NCBI GenBank assembly: GCA_963663765.2
Contig: CAXXUA010000004.1
Coordinates: forward strand, 256,001-320,000
Source of the DNA: Candidatus Poribacteria bacterium
Lineage (GTDB): Bacteria; Poribacteria; WGA-4E; WGA-3G
Direction: 5' to 3'
Length of the DNA stretch: 64,000 nt
The notes below the pieces were generated by a model. The model worked only from the letters and a program-made list of their open reading frames with translations. It was not told the origin of the DNA and did no database searches. The position numbers and the translations under genes were made by a program. This document shows positions 1 to 10,050 of this stretch, piece by piece (position 1 is the first letter of the stretch; each line of letters opens with the position of its first letter).

Positions 1-2
1 GA

Positions 3-614
3 CGCATTCCACGTAACCATGCGCTCATCTTTACAATAGTTCTTATAGGAATAGGTATAGGACTCGGTGTTCTTATCAACATATATGCTGTTGGAATTGC
101 AATACTTGTGTCCGTTTTGCTTGTCAGTTATGCGATGTGGTTGAAACGCACACCTTTGATTGGCAATTTGGTGGTTGGGTGCTTGACTGGAATAACCTTT
201 ATTTCTGGCGGCGTAGCGATTGGGACGGTTCGTGGAACACTCGTTCCTGCAGTTTTTGCGTTTCTGTTCACAACTGCCAGAGAAATTGTCAAAGACCTTG
301 AAGATATTGAAGGGGATAAAAGGCAAAATATTAGGACACTGGCAATTCTCAACACACGTCTTGCAGTAATATTCGCTTTGAGTTTCATCGTTGCGGTTAT
401 TGTCTTTAGTCCAATTCCATATATATTTGGATGGTATAGTTGGCACTATCTTGTTGTAATTGTGCTTGGAGTTGACTTGGTATTGATGCTGTTGGTAATA
501 AGACTCTGTAAAGATGCGTCTAAACCTAGTTGTGCTTTTGTCCAACGATGTATGAAGTGGGACATTTTTGTTGGGTTAATGGCTATATATCTTGGTATGG
601 TATTCAAGATCTGA
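3..614 (+). CDS. UbiA-family prenyltransferase, DGGGP-synthase-like (5' partial)
   Basis: Frame is open from base 3 (RIPRNHALIFTIV...). Multi-TM, with 'YAMWLKRTPLIGN' and the Asp-rich 'AREIVKDLEDIEGD..TL' motif typical of the DGGGPS-like UbiA subfamily. Confidence 0.8.
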   Translation, partial: RIPRNHALIFTIVLIGIGIGLGVLINIYAVGIAILVSVLLVSYAMWLKRTPLIGNLVVGCLTGITFISGGVAIGTVRGTLVPAVFAFLFTTAREIVKDLEDIEGDKRQNIRTLAILNTRLAVIFALSFIVAVIVFSPIPYIFGWYSWHYLVVIVLGVDLVLMLLVIRLCKDASKPSCAFVQRCMKWDIFVGLMAIYLGMVFKI

Positions 615-668
615 TGGATGAGTGGAAACTGTATTAAGAAGCAGTAGACCTAAGAATTAGGAAATAAA

Positions 669-1904
669 TTGATTAATTACGAAAAAGTAATCTCATTTTT
701 GGATAAAGTTGACCCGAATTCGGAGGATGTTAGGAACTTCGTACAATCTTATGATACCTACAAAAGAACAGGTGAATGGCAACCAGAATATCAGGTGTTT
801 ACATCGGAATGGATAACCATTGATGGTGTCATGTTGATGACACCTGAGACAGAGTATGATGCTGACTTTCGCGTATATGTCAATGCTACCACAGAACGAA
901 GTTTAAGGGAGTTGATGCTTGCAATTCCCCGACAGGTTGTTGGTTTGTTTGTCATTCCAGAAAGTTGGATTGAGGAAAGAGTATTCAGCATCTTTGAATG
1001 TGAATCTATCCAGATAGATTCAAAAGTATATTTTCGGTGTATCAAAAGGGGTAGTGAAGGAAAGTTAGAACAGCGAACTGTCTCCAAGAGAAAAGATGAA
1101 ATTGCTACGCATTACCGCAAATTGTCAACATTAAAAGGGAAGATTGACAATTCTGCATTTATTGTTGAAGGAGAGTTGTTAGTTGACCGTGCTGTTCAAG
1201 ATGGACAACCTGTAAATTCAGTTCTCTATACAAATAATTTTGTTTCAACGTATGATGGAAAAGAGTTGCTTATGCAGATCATTCATCAGAATATATCATG
1301 CTTTTTAGTTAACGATGGTGTGATGGGATCAGTAACGACAACCCGACCTGTACCACATATTGTTGCTTCAGTTCAACTCAACTATCCTGAATTCTTATCT
1401 GAATCTGGTGATATGAATTTCCATTATAACTGTCAATGCGTCTTACTAATTGCTGAAGACGTTAGTAATCCCGATAATCTTGGTATGACCTTACGTACTG
1501 CGGACGCAGCAGGAGTTTCTGCTGTGTTAATATCTGGTGAAGGTGCAAGTCCATTACATAAGAATTGTGTTCGTGCATCACGTGGGGCGGTTGGTCGCCT
1601 TCCGATGTTTCATACGAGTCGGACAATCAATGCCATTGAAAAACTCAAGACGTGTGGATGGGATGTCATTGGTGCGACAGCTGGTGCAGACACTGACCTG
1701 TATAGTTTACGAGCAAAATTACCTACAGCGATTGTGGTCGGCAATGAAAATGCTGGGTTATCCTATGAAGTTCGCGAAGAATGCACAGAATTGGTGCGTA
1801 TTCCTATGGCTGCTGGTCAATCATCGCTTAATGTTGGTGTTGCAGCGGGTGTAGTGTTATTTGATTTTGTGAGACAAAAACTAAAATCTTCTGAAACAGC
1901 ATAA
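669..1904 (+). CDS. TrmH/SpoU-family RNA 2'-O-methyltransferase with a long N-terminal extension
   Basis: SPOUT motifs 'EDVSNPDNLGMTLRTADAAG', 'VVGNENAGLS' and 'IPMAAGQSSLNVGVAAG'. Substrate-binding domain starts at 'FIVEG'. About 140 extra N-terminal residues. Confidence 0.9.
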   Translation: MINYEKVISFLDKVDPNSEDVRNFVQSYDTYKRTGEWQPEYQVFTSEWITIDGVMLMTPETEYDADFRVYVNATTERSLRELMLAIPRQVVGLFVIPESWIEERVFSIFECESIQIDSKVYFRCIKRGSEGKLEQRTVSKRKDEIATHYRKLSTLKGKIDNSAFIVEGELLVDRAVQDGQPVNSVLYTNNFVSTYDGKELLMQIIHQNISCFLVNDGVMGSVTTTRPVPHIVASVQLNYPEFLSESGDMNFHYNCQCVLLIAEDVSNPDNLGMTLRTADAAGVSAVLISGEGASPLHKNCVRASRGAVGRLPMFHTSRTINAIEKLKTCGWDVIGATAGADTDLYSLRAKLPTAIVVGNENAGLSYEVREECTELVRIPMAAGQSSLNVGVAAGVVLFDFVRQKLKSSETA

Positions 1905-1972
1905 ATATACAGAAATATTGAGTTTACATTATTTCAGTTGTTTGTTATTGTATACGTTATTGAGATTAAACT

Positions 1973-2398
1973 ATGAAATATAAACCTTTTGAATACATAG
2001 AACACACAGCAGATGCAGGACTATTTGTAAGAGGAGATTCCTTACAATCTCTGTTTACCAATGCCGCACAAGGTTTATTTGAGATGATTGCTGTTGTTGA
2101 CACAATTGATGAGAAAGAAACAATTGAAGTTAATGTCGTTGCAGATTCAGTAGATATGTTGTTAGTTTCTTGGTTAGATGAATTAGTTTTTAGACATGAA
2201 ACAGAAGAACTTTTCTTTAAACGAGTTGAAATAAGTAATATCAGTGAGACAGAATTAACCGCTAATGTATTCGGTGAAACTACAAACTATGACAAACACG
2301 TTGTATATACAGAAATCAAAGCAGTAACATATCATCAATTATATGTAAAACAGAAACCCGATGGAGATTGGGAAGCTCAAGTTATTTTTGATCTATAG
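1973..2398 (+). CDS. Archease
   Basis: 'FEYIEHTADAG', 'EIKAVTYHQL' and C-terminal 'VIFDL' are the archease signature; 141 aa. Confidence 0.93.
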   Translation: MKYKPFEYIEHTADAGLFVRGDSLQSLFTNAAQGLFEMIAVVDTIDEKETIEVNVVADSVDMLLVSWLDELVFRHETEELFFKRVEISNISETELTANVFGETTNYDKHVVYTEIKAVTYHQLYVKQKPDGDWEAQVIFDL

Positions 2399-2428
2399 TG
2401 AGTCATTGGTAACAAACATTTTGGCGTT

Positions 2429-4114
2429 CTAATCCTTAGTTTCTTCAATTTGAATTAATTGATTCGGTCTAACATTCTCAATTATATTAACATTTCCACT
2501 TGTCCATTCCACCCTAACAGTGTCAATTTTGGGGTCATCTGAAATACCAAAAAACGCTGTTAATTCGCTCTGCGAACAGTAGCTTGATCCACTTCTTACA
2601 GTTCTCGTTTGAGTGCTTATAGCTGAAGTAGTCTGTATACGTGCTCCAATTCCGTTCCGGTTTGACTTGTTTCCAACAAGTTGAATTTTGAGCCAATTAT
2701 TTTGGTTACCTACATCATTTCTATAGAGATGTGCTGGACCGTTGGAAGTGGAAATTAAAATATCTAAATCTCCATCATTATCATAATCTCCATAAGCAGC
2801 ACCTCTGCCAACGACTGGTACAGCTAAATCTTTACCAACTTTGCTTATTACATCAGTGAACTTACCTTCTGACATATTTTGAAATAGATGTAGGGGTTGT
2901 GCGTAAGTAACTTCGCTCTGAACTTTGTTTATATCGGTTTCAACATGACCGTTTGCAGCGAAGATGTCAATGTTACCATCAAGGTCAAAATCAAAGAAAA
3001 AGCAACCGAAAGTAAGTGTCAACAAACTTGGAATACCGAGTTGTGCAATGGGCGCATCATCAATAAAGAAATCACCTTCATTATGATATAGGTTCAACAT
3101 TTCGTTTGAAAAGTTACCGATAATGAGACTGTCTCTACCGATATTGTCGTAGTCAGAAGCATCAACACCCATTGCACCTGTTGCTACCCCACTTTCATTA
3201 TATGCTACACCTGCCAACATGCCGACTTCAATGAAAGTGCCATCCCCATTGTTTTGATAGAGTTTATTCGGTTGTGTGTCGTTTGCTTCAAAGATGTCTG
3301 GATGTCCATCTTGGTTATAATCAATGATGCAAACACCTAAAGATTTACTTGTCGGGTCACTTATTCCTGCAATGCGAGATACATCCAGAAATGTACCGTC
3401 ACCTTTATTCTGAAAAAGTTTACTTGCTTGTCCGGTATATGATTCAGGGGTACAATAGGATTTGTTTTTACCATCAAGTGTGCAAAATATATCTGTTCCA
3501 ATTGTCCATTCAACGTAATTTGCTACAAATATATCAAGGTGACCGTCCAAATTGTAATCAAACCACGCGCAACTTGTGCCGAATCCAGGATTATCAATTC
3601 CAGAAGATTCTGTGACATCAGAAAAAGTACCTTCACCTTGATTTTGAAAGAGTTTGTCGGCGTTTAGGCAGCTAATATAAATGTCGCAATCCCCATCGTT
3701 GTCGTAATCCGCAACTGCAACACCCATGCCATATAAAGGTATATCCAGCTTAGCAGATACTGTGACATCAGTAAAAGTTCCATCCTGATTATTACGGTAG
3801 AGTGCTAATGTTTGCCGTTTCCCAGTGGGGTGACCTTCCCAATCTTTACCATTTACAAGCAGGATGTCTTGCCAACCATCAAGGTTAAAATCAAGAAAAG
3901 CACAGCCTGACCCCATAGTTTCTGGCAAGTATTTTTTCCCGTAAGCACCGTTATTATGTCTGAAATCTATCCCCGCATCTTGTGTAACGTTTACAAATTG
4001 AGGTAGTGGTTCTGCAAATACAAAATTAGTGGTGATAATAAAAACAAAAGCACTTAAGTATGCTAACATTATCTGATGTATACTGCAGTAATTGGTAGTC
4101 AATGTAATAGACAT
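2429..4114 (-). CDS. CRTAC1 / ASPIC-UnbV family FG-GAP repeat protein (secreted)
   Basis: Repeated DYDNDGDxDI motifs, 'GRGAAYGDYDNDGDLD' and C-terminal 'NRNGIGARI...SGSSYCSQS...FG'. The true start may be the downstream Met (MLAYL...). Confidence 0.9.
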   Translation of the reverse strand: MSITLTTNYCSIHQIMLAYLSAFVFIITTNFVFAEPLPQFVNVTQDAGIDFRHNNGAYGKKYLPETMGSGCAFLDFNLDGWQDILLVNGKDWEGHPTGKRQTLALYRNNQDGTFTDVTVSAKLDIPLYGMGVAVADYDNDGDCDIYISCLNADKLFQNQGEGTFSDVTESSGIDNPGFGTSCAWFDYNLDGHLDIFVANYVEWTIGTDIFCTLDGKNKSYCTPESYTGQASKLFQNKGDGTFLDVSRIAGISDPTSKSLGVCIIDYNQDGHPDIFEANDTQPNKLYQNNGDGTFIEVGMLAGVAYNESGVATGAMGVDASDYDNIGRDSLIIGNFSNEMLNLYHNEGDFFIDDAPIAQLGIPSLLTLTFGCFFFDFDLDGNIDIFAANGHVETDINKVQSEVTYAQPLHLFQNMSEGKFTDVISKVGKDLAVPVVGRGAAYGDYDNDGDLDILISTSNGPAHLYRNDVGNQNNWLKIQLVGNKSNRNGIGARIQTTSAISTQTRTVRSGSSYCSQSELTAFFGISDDPKIDTVRVEWTSGNVNIIENVRPNQLIQIEETKD

Positions 4115-4282
4115 TTATAGTAGATTTTAGAATTGCTTGAACATTTTCAACAATCTCGGTTCCGTTTTCCCTCGCTTGCTGGGAAGATAAGTGAGTTGCA
4201 TAACGTACAGGTGCACAAATCATTATAGGTTCTACTATATCTTATCAAATGCTGTGGCAATTGGCAAGAAAAAAGGGGTGTG

Positions 4283-4775
4283 GGGAGTGTAAAGTTTTTG
4301 TTACTGTGCGTAGGGGCGGGGTCTCTGTGCCCCATAAGCGTCAATTTAAGGATTTTGACCTCTTGTGGGAGGGGTTTGCAACCCCGAATTTATGCGCTTT
4401 TCCTCTCAAATCGGGGTTGAAAACCCCTCCCACAAGAGAAATGCTAACACTTTTTTCTTAAATTGACACCTATGGGGCGGGGTCTCTGTGCCCCGCCTTA
4501 CTGATTAAATGAGAAATTGCGAGGCATAGAGAACCATAGTTATCAATATAAGGAAATAATGTTATTATTAACCATACTCTTCAGTCCCGTAGGGACGATA
4601 TGTTTATAGAAAACGAATACCCTCTCCAATTCTTTAGTCCCGTAGGGACGATATGTTTATCCCTCTATATCGTTCCTACGCAACTCAAGAAAGGAGTGAT
4701 AACGTCTTTCTATAAAAATATCGTCCCTACGGGACTAAAGATAACAAAAGTTTGAACCTCTGTGAAAAACTTGTT
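4283..4775. mobile_element. Degenerate MITE of the GGG(A/T)GTGTAAAGTTTTTG family with internal REP hairpins
   Basis: Left end GGGAGTGTAAAGTTTTTG. Interior is homologous to 10470-10820 and 21285-22230 (GTCCCGTAGGGACGATATGTTTATAG hairpins). Right end is degraded. Confidence 0.6.
4333..4474. mobile_element. MITE with CATA(A/G)GCGTCAATTTAAG terminal inverted repeats and a 19-bp target duplication
   Basis: CATAAGCGTCAATTTAAG ... CTTAAATTGACACCTATG, flanked by the direct repeat GGGCGGGGTCTCTGTGCCC (4314-4332 and 4475-4493). Contains an inverted pair of GTGGGAGGGGTTT..AACCCC hairpins. Confidence 0.8.
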
Positions 4776-4899
4776 ATTCTGTCGCGAGGTATTTCGGGTG
4801 GAATTGACGATTATCTCTACCTTTCGTAACTAAAGGTGCATGTCATGTATGATTTTTAATTTTTCTTTTATTTTATGTTATAGACTATATGTTTCTCTG

Positions 4900-5616
4900 C
4901 TAACGCTGTTGGAGATGCTTAAGTTTATTCATCATCTGCATGCGTTGTGTTTGGATTTCGTTGGACCTTTTCCTAAGCCGTTCAAGTCCTTCTTCGTAAA
5001 CGCGGGGCTGCTCTGTTTTGGTTGCAGTACCTTTTCTATATTTATTTTCCGGTATCGTTTTATTCATTTTAGTGTTTACAACCTGAAGTGGAGGTGCGTA
5101 ACTGCGACTGAATTGCGTTCTTCTCGGATTGAGAAATTGAGAACCATTGAGACTTAGTTTCAACGGTTCTCCTTTTTTTGTAATTAGAGTGGTCCGCTTC
5201 TCTGTAATTTCTTGTACGGTCATATCACCAATCTGATCACTTAAGTTAACATCGTGAAATTGGTTAGACTCGCTTTCTTGAATATATGCTGTAGCACTGC
5301 TACCATCAGCAGCTATCGCGGTACCGAGAAGTGTATAAGCAGATTCGCGCTGTGGTGGTTCCCAGTTGAGCGGTCTGAAGATATTATTATCAATAATCGT
5401 TTGATAGAACGCATCAGGATCAACTTGTTGTATATCGGTCTGTTTTGAGAAACGCGCCCGTCTTTCATCCTGCTTTACAAGAGTTGCCTCAGCAGGAATA
5501 TTGGGAGAGGTTATAGATGTATCAGGACTCTGCGCATCAGGTTTCCAGAATAACCATACCCCTCCGAAAACACACACAATGGAAACAATAAAGGTGAATA
5601 TCAGGATGGACCTCAT
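4900..5616 (-). CDS. Membrane-anchored protein with a GspC/PilP-like HR domain
   Basis: N-terminal TM, 'NNIFRP', then 'YTLLGTAIAADGSSATAYIQ..QFHDVNLSDQIGDMTVQEITEKRTTL', which resembles the T2SS GspC HR beta-sandwich pattern (recognised by eye). Confidence 0.55.
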   Translation of the reverse strand: MRSILIFTFIVSIVCVFGGVWLFWKPDAQSPDTSITSPNIPAEATLVKQDERRARFSKQTDIQQVDPDAFYQTIIDNNIFRPLNWEPPQRESAYTLLGTAIAADGSSATAYIQESESNQFHDVNLSDQIGDMTVQEITEKRTTLITKKGEPLKLSLNGSQFLNPRRTQFSRSYAPPLQVVNTKMNKTIPENKYRKGTATKTEQPRVYEEGLERLRKRSNEIQTQRMQMMNKLKHLQQR

Positions 5617-6965
5617 TGTTCCGATGATTTATTATTCGGGGGTGTAGGACGTTCTGGTGGAAGCGGTGGCCGCTGTGGTACCATTTCTCTACCTATTTTG
5701 CGGATTGCTTCCAGTTCCTTGATTACCTCTTGTAAATCTTTTAGGTCGTTTGGTAATTCACCACCGTGGATTATTTGAAGCATTTCAAACCACTGCTGGA
5801 TGTTATGAGGACCAGGGGGTTCGAGTGGTAGAATTTCAGGAGAAAATTGCCTCTTTGGTTCGGAATCTCTGGGACTTTTTACAGTTTCTTGCGTGTTTAA
5901 CTGATCATCCGGATGTGTATGCGTGGGTGGATGTTTATCCTGCTGTTGAACTGGTGCGATCTTGTCCGGGACAACTTGCTGTGTTTGTTCAGGTATAGAG
6001 TTTATGAATGTTTCATGGTCTGCAATCATTTTTTTAACATTTGCTTGTGCTTCTTCTAAAGCTTTCATTCTCCTTTCATAAAATCGAGGAAGCGAATTAC
6101 TCGTAGGTAAGGGATTCCCTTTTTCGTCTGTATAAACAACTGTAATTCCTTTAGGAGCAATACCGTACATTGTCAACTTATTTTTCTGTTTTCGGGTTAG
6201 CTGCACACCAGTAAATTTGGAAATTCGTTTATCCTCTGAAATATAGACATTCACAGTTTTTTCTGAAAACGGGGTGAACACACCATCAAGGTTCGTGACA
6301 CCACCAGCAAAAGATGGATTCGCATCACGCGCTCGTTGGTTGTAGATTCTCGCAACAATAAAATACTTGATAATTACCTCCTCAAGTTCTTCCCATGTCG
6401 CATCTGAAGGTAATCTATAACCACTAAGCACATTAGCCCTACCTCCCAGTTTGTCAAAATCTCTTTTTGCCCACAGCATTCCATATCGTTTACTTACTGC
6501 CATTTTGTAGTGCCCAAAATCAAGGAAGGGGTTTCCCCAATTTCTCAAGTGTTCAAGCCATTCATTCTTTGGATTGAGACTTTCAACAGATGCCGCAAGT
6601 GCACCTCCTCCTTCGTAAAACTCATACTTTTCATCCCATTTTTCTATCATCTCTGAGACGGTGAAGGGTTGATAATTCTTTCTAATAGCTGCAAGGTCAA
6701 GGTCTTTCCACTGCCTAAGCATAGGATGCTTCTCCGATATGATATCGGAAGAGTGAGGTTTAAAAACACCTTCATCTGAAGTCAGATGATATGTGTGTGT
6801 ATGCTCAACTATGTTACCCTCAGGTCCTTCATGTTGATGTGGTTTAGATGTAGAAATCTTTAGATCTGACTTTGTTTCTTTCTTTTGTAGAACTACAAAA
6901 TAGATAGTAACTCCGATAACGATGACAAAGATTGATATCGAAATCAAGACGATCTGTTTTTTCAT
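5613..6965 (-). CDS. Hypothetical N-terminally anchored protein with His-rich and Pro-rich segments (paralog of 8502-9911)
   Basis: 450-aa ORF with a GGAGGG RBS, N-terminal TM and 'PHQHEGP..HTHTY'. Overlaps the next gene by ATGA. Confidence 0.8.
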   Translation of the reverse strand: MKKQIVLISISIFVIVIGVTIYFVVLQKKETKSDLKISTSKPHQHEGPEGNIVEHTHTYHLTSDEGVFKPHSSDIISEKHPMLRQWKDLDLAAIRKNYQPFTVSEMIEKWDEKYEFYEGGGALAASVESLNPKNEWLEHLRNWGNPFLDFGHYKMAVSKRYGMLWAKRDFDKLGGRANVLSGYRLPSDATWEELEEVIIKYFIVARIYNQRARDANPSFAGGVTNLDGVFTPFSEKTVNVYISEDKRISKFTGVQLTRKQKNKLTMYGIAPKGITVVYTDEKGNPLPTSNSLPRFYERRMKALEEAQANVKKMIADHETFINSIPEQTQQVVPDKIAPVQQQDKHPPTHTHPDDQLNTQETVKSPRDSEPKRQFSPEILPLEPPGPHNIQQWFEMLQIIHGGELPNDLKDLQEVIKELEAIRKIGREMVPQRPPLPPERPTPPNNKSSEQ

Positions 6966-7220
6966 AATTATTCCCCTCCCTGTTTTTCCTTATTTAGATT
7001 TTCTCCAACATTATACCTCGTGTTGGTATACATGGCACAAGCCATGTATACCAAAATATTGTAGAACTGGAATCAGAGATTGTCGCTATAGAAAAGGCAT
7101 GTACTGTAGAAGAGATCTCCGATTCCAGACTATTGGCACAACACACAATTTAATGGTGGACACAACAATCTATTATGGACATCAACGCTTATTTCTTCCA
7201 CGGATACGACGCATTAATTT

Positions 7221-8061
7221 TTAACGGCTACTATTGTACCCATGTAACCTTGGGATATTGCAGTTTTACTTTGTCGGACAGACAAATTCACTGCAAAGTC
7301 AGCTATAGGATTACCACTCAGATTAGCTTTAATTCCATAGGATTATGAATGAACAACGCCTACTCTTTCAACATCCGTACCTGTAGCATAGGTAACTGAA
7401 AGACTCACAGGAACTTCATGTATTCCTGCAGTAAATTCCCCTGATTTCTTATCAGTAATTTCTGTATCCGAAACCTCAATTCGAATATCTGCATAGTCGG
7501 TATCGTATGTCGTTTCAGGTAGATCAAGTTTTATACGTATAGGAGCAAGGGGAATCCTAACCCACACACCTTGCCTTTGAATAAACCTAAGTTGTATCTT
7601 TGCCTGTCCTGCCCAACCCGGTAAGTCTGAAGTAAATCTCATGTCATCAGTTAGCTCAGGAATTGCCGATCCCCTACAAGAACATTCAACTGCAGAAGCT
7701 TTAGCATCAACTCTCGCTCCAAAACCATATTGGTTTCATTTATTCCACCATCTCCGTTTATTAGTGGTGAGGCTTAATACCTAAGTGCCCACGAAGAACA
7801 AGACTTTCCATCGTTTTCTCTCACATTATCGGAATAATCACGATGCTCTTCTTTTCTTGGATCTTTAGCATCTGGATGATTCTCCCTATTATTACCAAGA
7901 GATTTTCCCGTAACATCATGGACCCAAAATTCAGGATTGTGGTCCATGATCGTGTGGTTTTCCCCAGCTTCATGCCCAAATCCACTTGGTGACTGAGCCA
8001 TAAAAACAGCAGACATCACAAAAACAAATAAAATTCCCAATTGAATCAGCTTGAATTTCAT
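7221..8061 (-). pseudogene. Disrupted secreted-protein gene
   Basis: GGAG RBS and a signal peptide (MKFKLIQLGILFVFVMSA...). TAA at 7774, then a frameshift into the 7343-7642 frame (QYGFGARVDAK...MRFTSD). A second in-frame TAA at 7343 is followed by protein-like SYGIKANLSGNP... Confidence 0.55.
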
Positions 8062-8381
8062 TCTTTCTCTCCTTGTGCCACTCAGTTGTGGTGTTCAGAT
8101 GTAGTTTACACATACATCCTATTGTCAATTATAGTTCTAACCCATCGTAGTTGTCAAACAAAAATTAACAATATGTGCTGCTACAAGCCGAACAACACAA
8201 CGGTCACATATTAGGTACACCCAATGCAACATAAAAACCCCCGCAACGAAACATTTCGTCTAATACGAAGGGCGCGAGCAAAGACAAAATAAGATTATCA
8301 ACGTTACTTTTTCGGAACGTGCTATATTATTAACGTATGTAGGGGTGGGACAATAATTTTGAGTAAGAATGCAAATATCCG

Positions 8382-8505
8382 CAGCAGGAATATTGGGAGA
8401 GGTTACAGATGTATCAGGACTCTGTGCATGAGGTTCCAGAATAACCGTACCCCTCCGAAAACACACAATGGAAACAATAAAAGTGAATATCAGGATGGAC
8501 CTCAT
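8382..8505 (-). pseudogene. Truncated, frameshifted copy of the 5' end of the GspC-like gene (4900-5616)
   Basis: Near-identical to 5490-5616, with a 2-bp (CA) and a 1-bp deletion. Homology stops abruptly at about 8382. Confidence 0.85.
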
Positions 8506-9911
8506 TGTTCCGATGATTTATTATTCGGGGGTGTAGGACGTTCTGGTGGAAGCGGTGGCCGCTGTGGTACCATTTCTCTACCTATTTTGCGGATTGCTTC
8601 CAGTTCTTTGATTACCTTTTGTAATGCCTTAAGGTCTTTTGGTAAATCTCCACCGTGTAGGAGTATCAATTCCTCAAACCATTTTTTGACTTGCTCTGGA
8701 CTGGGTGGTTCTGGTGGCTGTGGCGGATGTCTGTTTTTCCCAACTTGAGAAGGTATTTTCCGCTGTACATCCGATTTCTTTGCAGTATCTTTAGGTACCC
8801 CCACTTCCTCGTGTGGATGCGAGTGGTCTTGTTGAGTGTCTGCTACGTTGGGTCTTGTTACCTGAAAGGTTTCGTTTTTTGGTTGGTTAAAAAGCTCATC
8901 GTGAGCAGACACCAGCTTTTCAATTTGCTTTTCCGCTTGCTCCAATTCTGCCATACGCTTCTCAAAAAAACGTGGTTTTGAGACATCATCTGGTAAAGGA
9001 TTCCCATCCTTATCCCTATACACAATGTGCATTCCTTTCGGAATGATACCGAACATTATTAGGTCTTCTCTTTCTTTATCCGTGAGTTTCGCACCGATAA
9101 CTCTGACATAACCTGTGTTCGGATCAAGATGGACATGTGCAGAATCTTTGTGAAAAGCTGTGAAAACACCGGTTGCACTGACGCTACCTCCAATGTAATC
9201 AGGGTTTGTCCTGTATTCTTGTTCAAGAATATTTGCAGCAATAACTTGCGATTTTAGAAAGAGATCTTCATACTCTTCCCATGTTATAGCCGTATCTGCT
9301 GGAATTCCTAGCTCTGAAAGAACAGAAGTTCTTCCAGTGAAACCCGGGTCTTTAGGGTGTAACGGTTCCAAATTATCAAATTCCTTCTGTTGATTGTTTA
9401 AGCGACTTCGCTGCCTTAAAGCAGATCTATAGTTATAACCTGTAAGTAAAGGATATCCAAGGTCCAAGCAGCGTTGTAACCATTCATCGCACGGATAGAT
9501 ATCTTCAATCCACCCATGGTGTTTTTGCCAATGAATCCCTAACTCTTGATCCCACCACATTTCATTCATTTTTGCAACGGTGTAGGGCTGCAAATTTCTT
9601 TTTATTGTCGAGAGATCAAGTTTTTCCCATACTTTTTGGATTTGATGTTTCGTTTCTCCCTGAGTGGCAGCAGTGTCGTGTAGTATGATGGATGGTGACA
9701 TACTGAACTTATCTTGTTCTGGTTTATCATAAATATGGATATGAGAGACAACATCACCATCTGGAGAAAAATGTTGATGCGGTTTCGATTCTGGCAAACG
9801 AGTAAAATGATCATGAACACCAGAGTGCCGCGGTTTGGTGACAAAGAAAGTGAACCCGAAAATAATAACGACAAAAACGGATATGGTATAATAAACACTT
9901 TTTCTTTTCAT
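8502..9911 (-). CDS. Hypothetical N-terminally anchored protein (paralog of 5613-6965)
   Basis: Start at 9911 (AGGAGG RBS, MKRKSVYY). Shares 'KPHQH.P.G..V.H.H.Y', 'QP(Y/F)TV', '(F/Y)GI.PKG...VY.D..GNPLP' and an identical last ~37 aa. Confidence 0.85.
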   Translation of the reverse strand: MKRKSVYYTISVFVVIIFGFTFFVTKPRHSGVHDHFTRLPESKPHQHFSPDGDVVSHIHIYDKPEQDKFSMSPSIILHDTAATQGETKHQIQKVWEKLDLSTIKRNLQPYTVAKMNEMWWDQELGIHWQKHHGWIEDIYPCDEWLQRCLDLGYPLLTGYNYRSALRQRSRLNNQQKEFDNLEPLHPKDPGFTGRTSVLSELGIPADTAITWEEYEDLFLKSQVIAANILEQEYRTNPDYIGGSVSATGVFTAFHKDSAHVHLDPNTGYVRVIGAKLTDKEREDLIMFGIIPKGMHIVYRDKDGNPLPDDVSKPRFFEKRMAELEQAEKQIEKLVSAHDELFNQPKNETFQVTRPNVADTQQDHSHPHEEVGVPKDTAKKSDVQRKIPSQVGKNRHPPQPPEPPSPEQVKKWFEELILLHGGDLPKDLKALQKVIKELEAIRKIGREMVPQRPPLPPERPTPPNNKSSEQ

Positions 9912-10021
9912 TGAGGTTCCTCCTGATCCTGAAAGAGAAATAAGTATATACGGACCTATTTTATAAAACAACTATAATCTTAGTTAACGTGGGTTTGATA
10001 ATTATATAGGACAGACGCATT

Positions 10022-10050
10022 CCCCCTTGATAAGGGGGATTTAGGGGGTT
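10022..10050. repeat. REP-like hairpin CCCCCTTGATAAGGGGG-ATTTAGGGGG
   Basis: GC-rich palindrome in AT-rich intergenic DNA upstream of the 9911 gene. Confidence 0.5.

Noticed and set aside
612-645. UGA read-through (selenoprotein) at ORF-terminal TGA codons here and at 27091 and 42711
   Set aside because: The proteins already appear complete, and there is no Cys-aligned context or evident SECIS hairpin.
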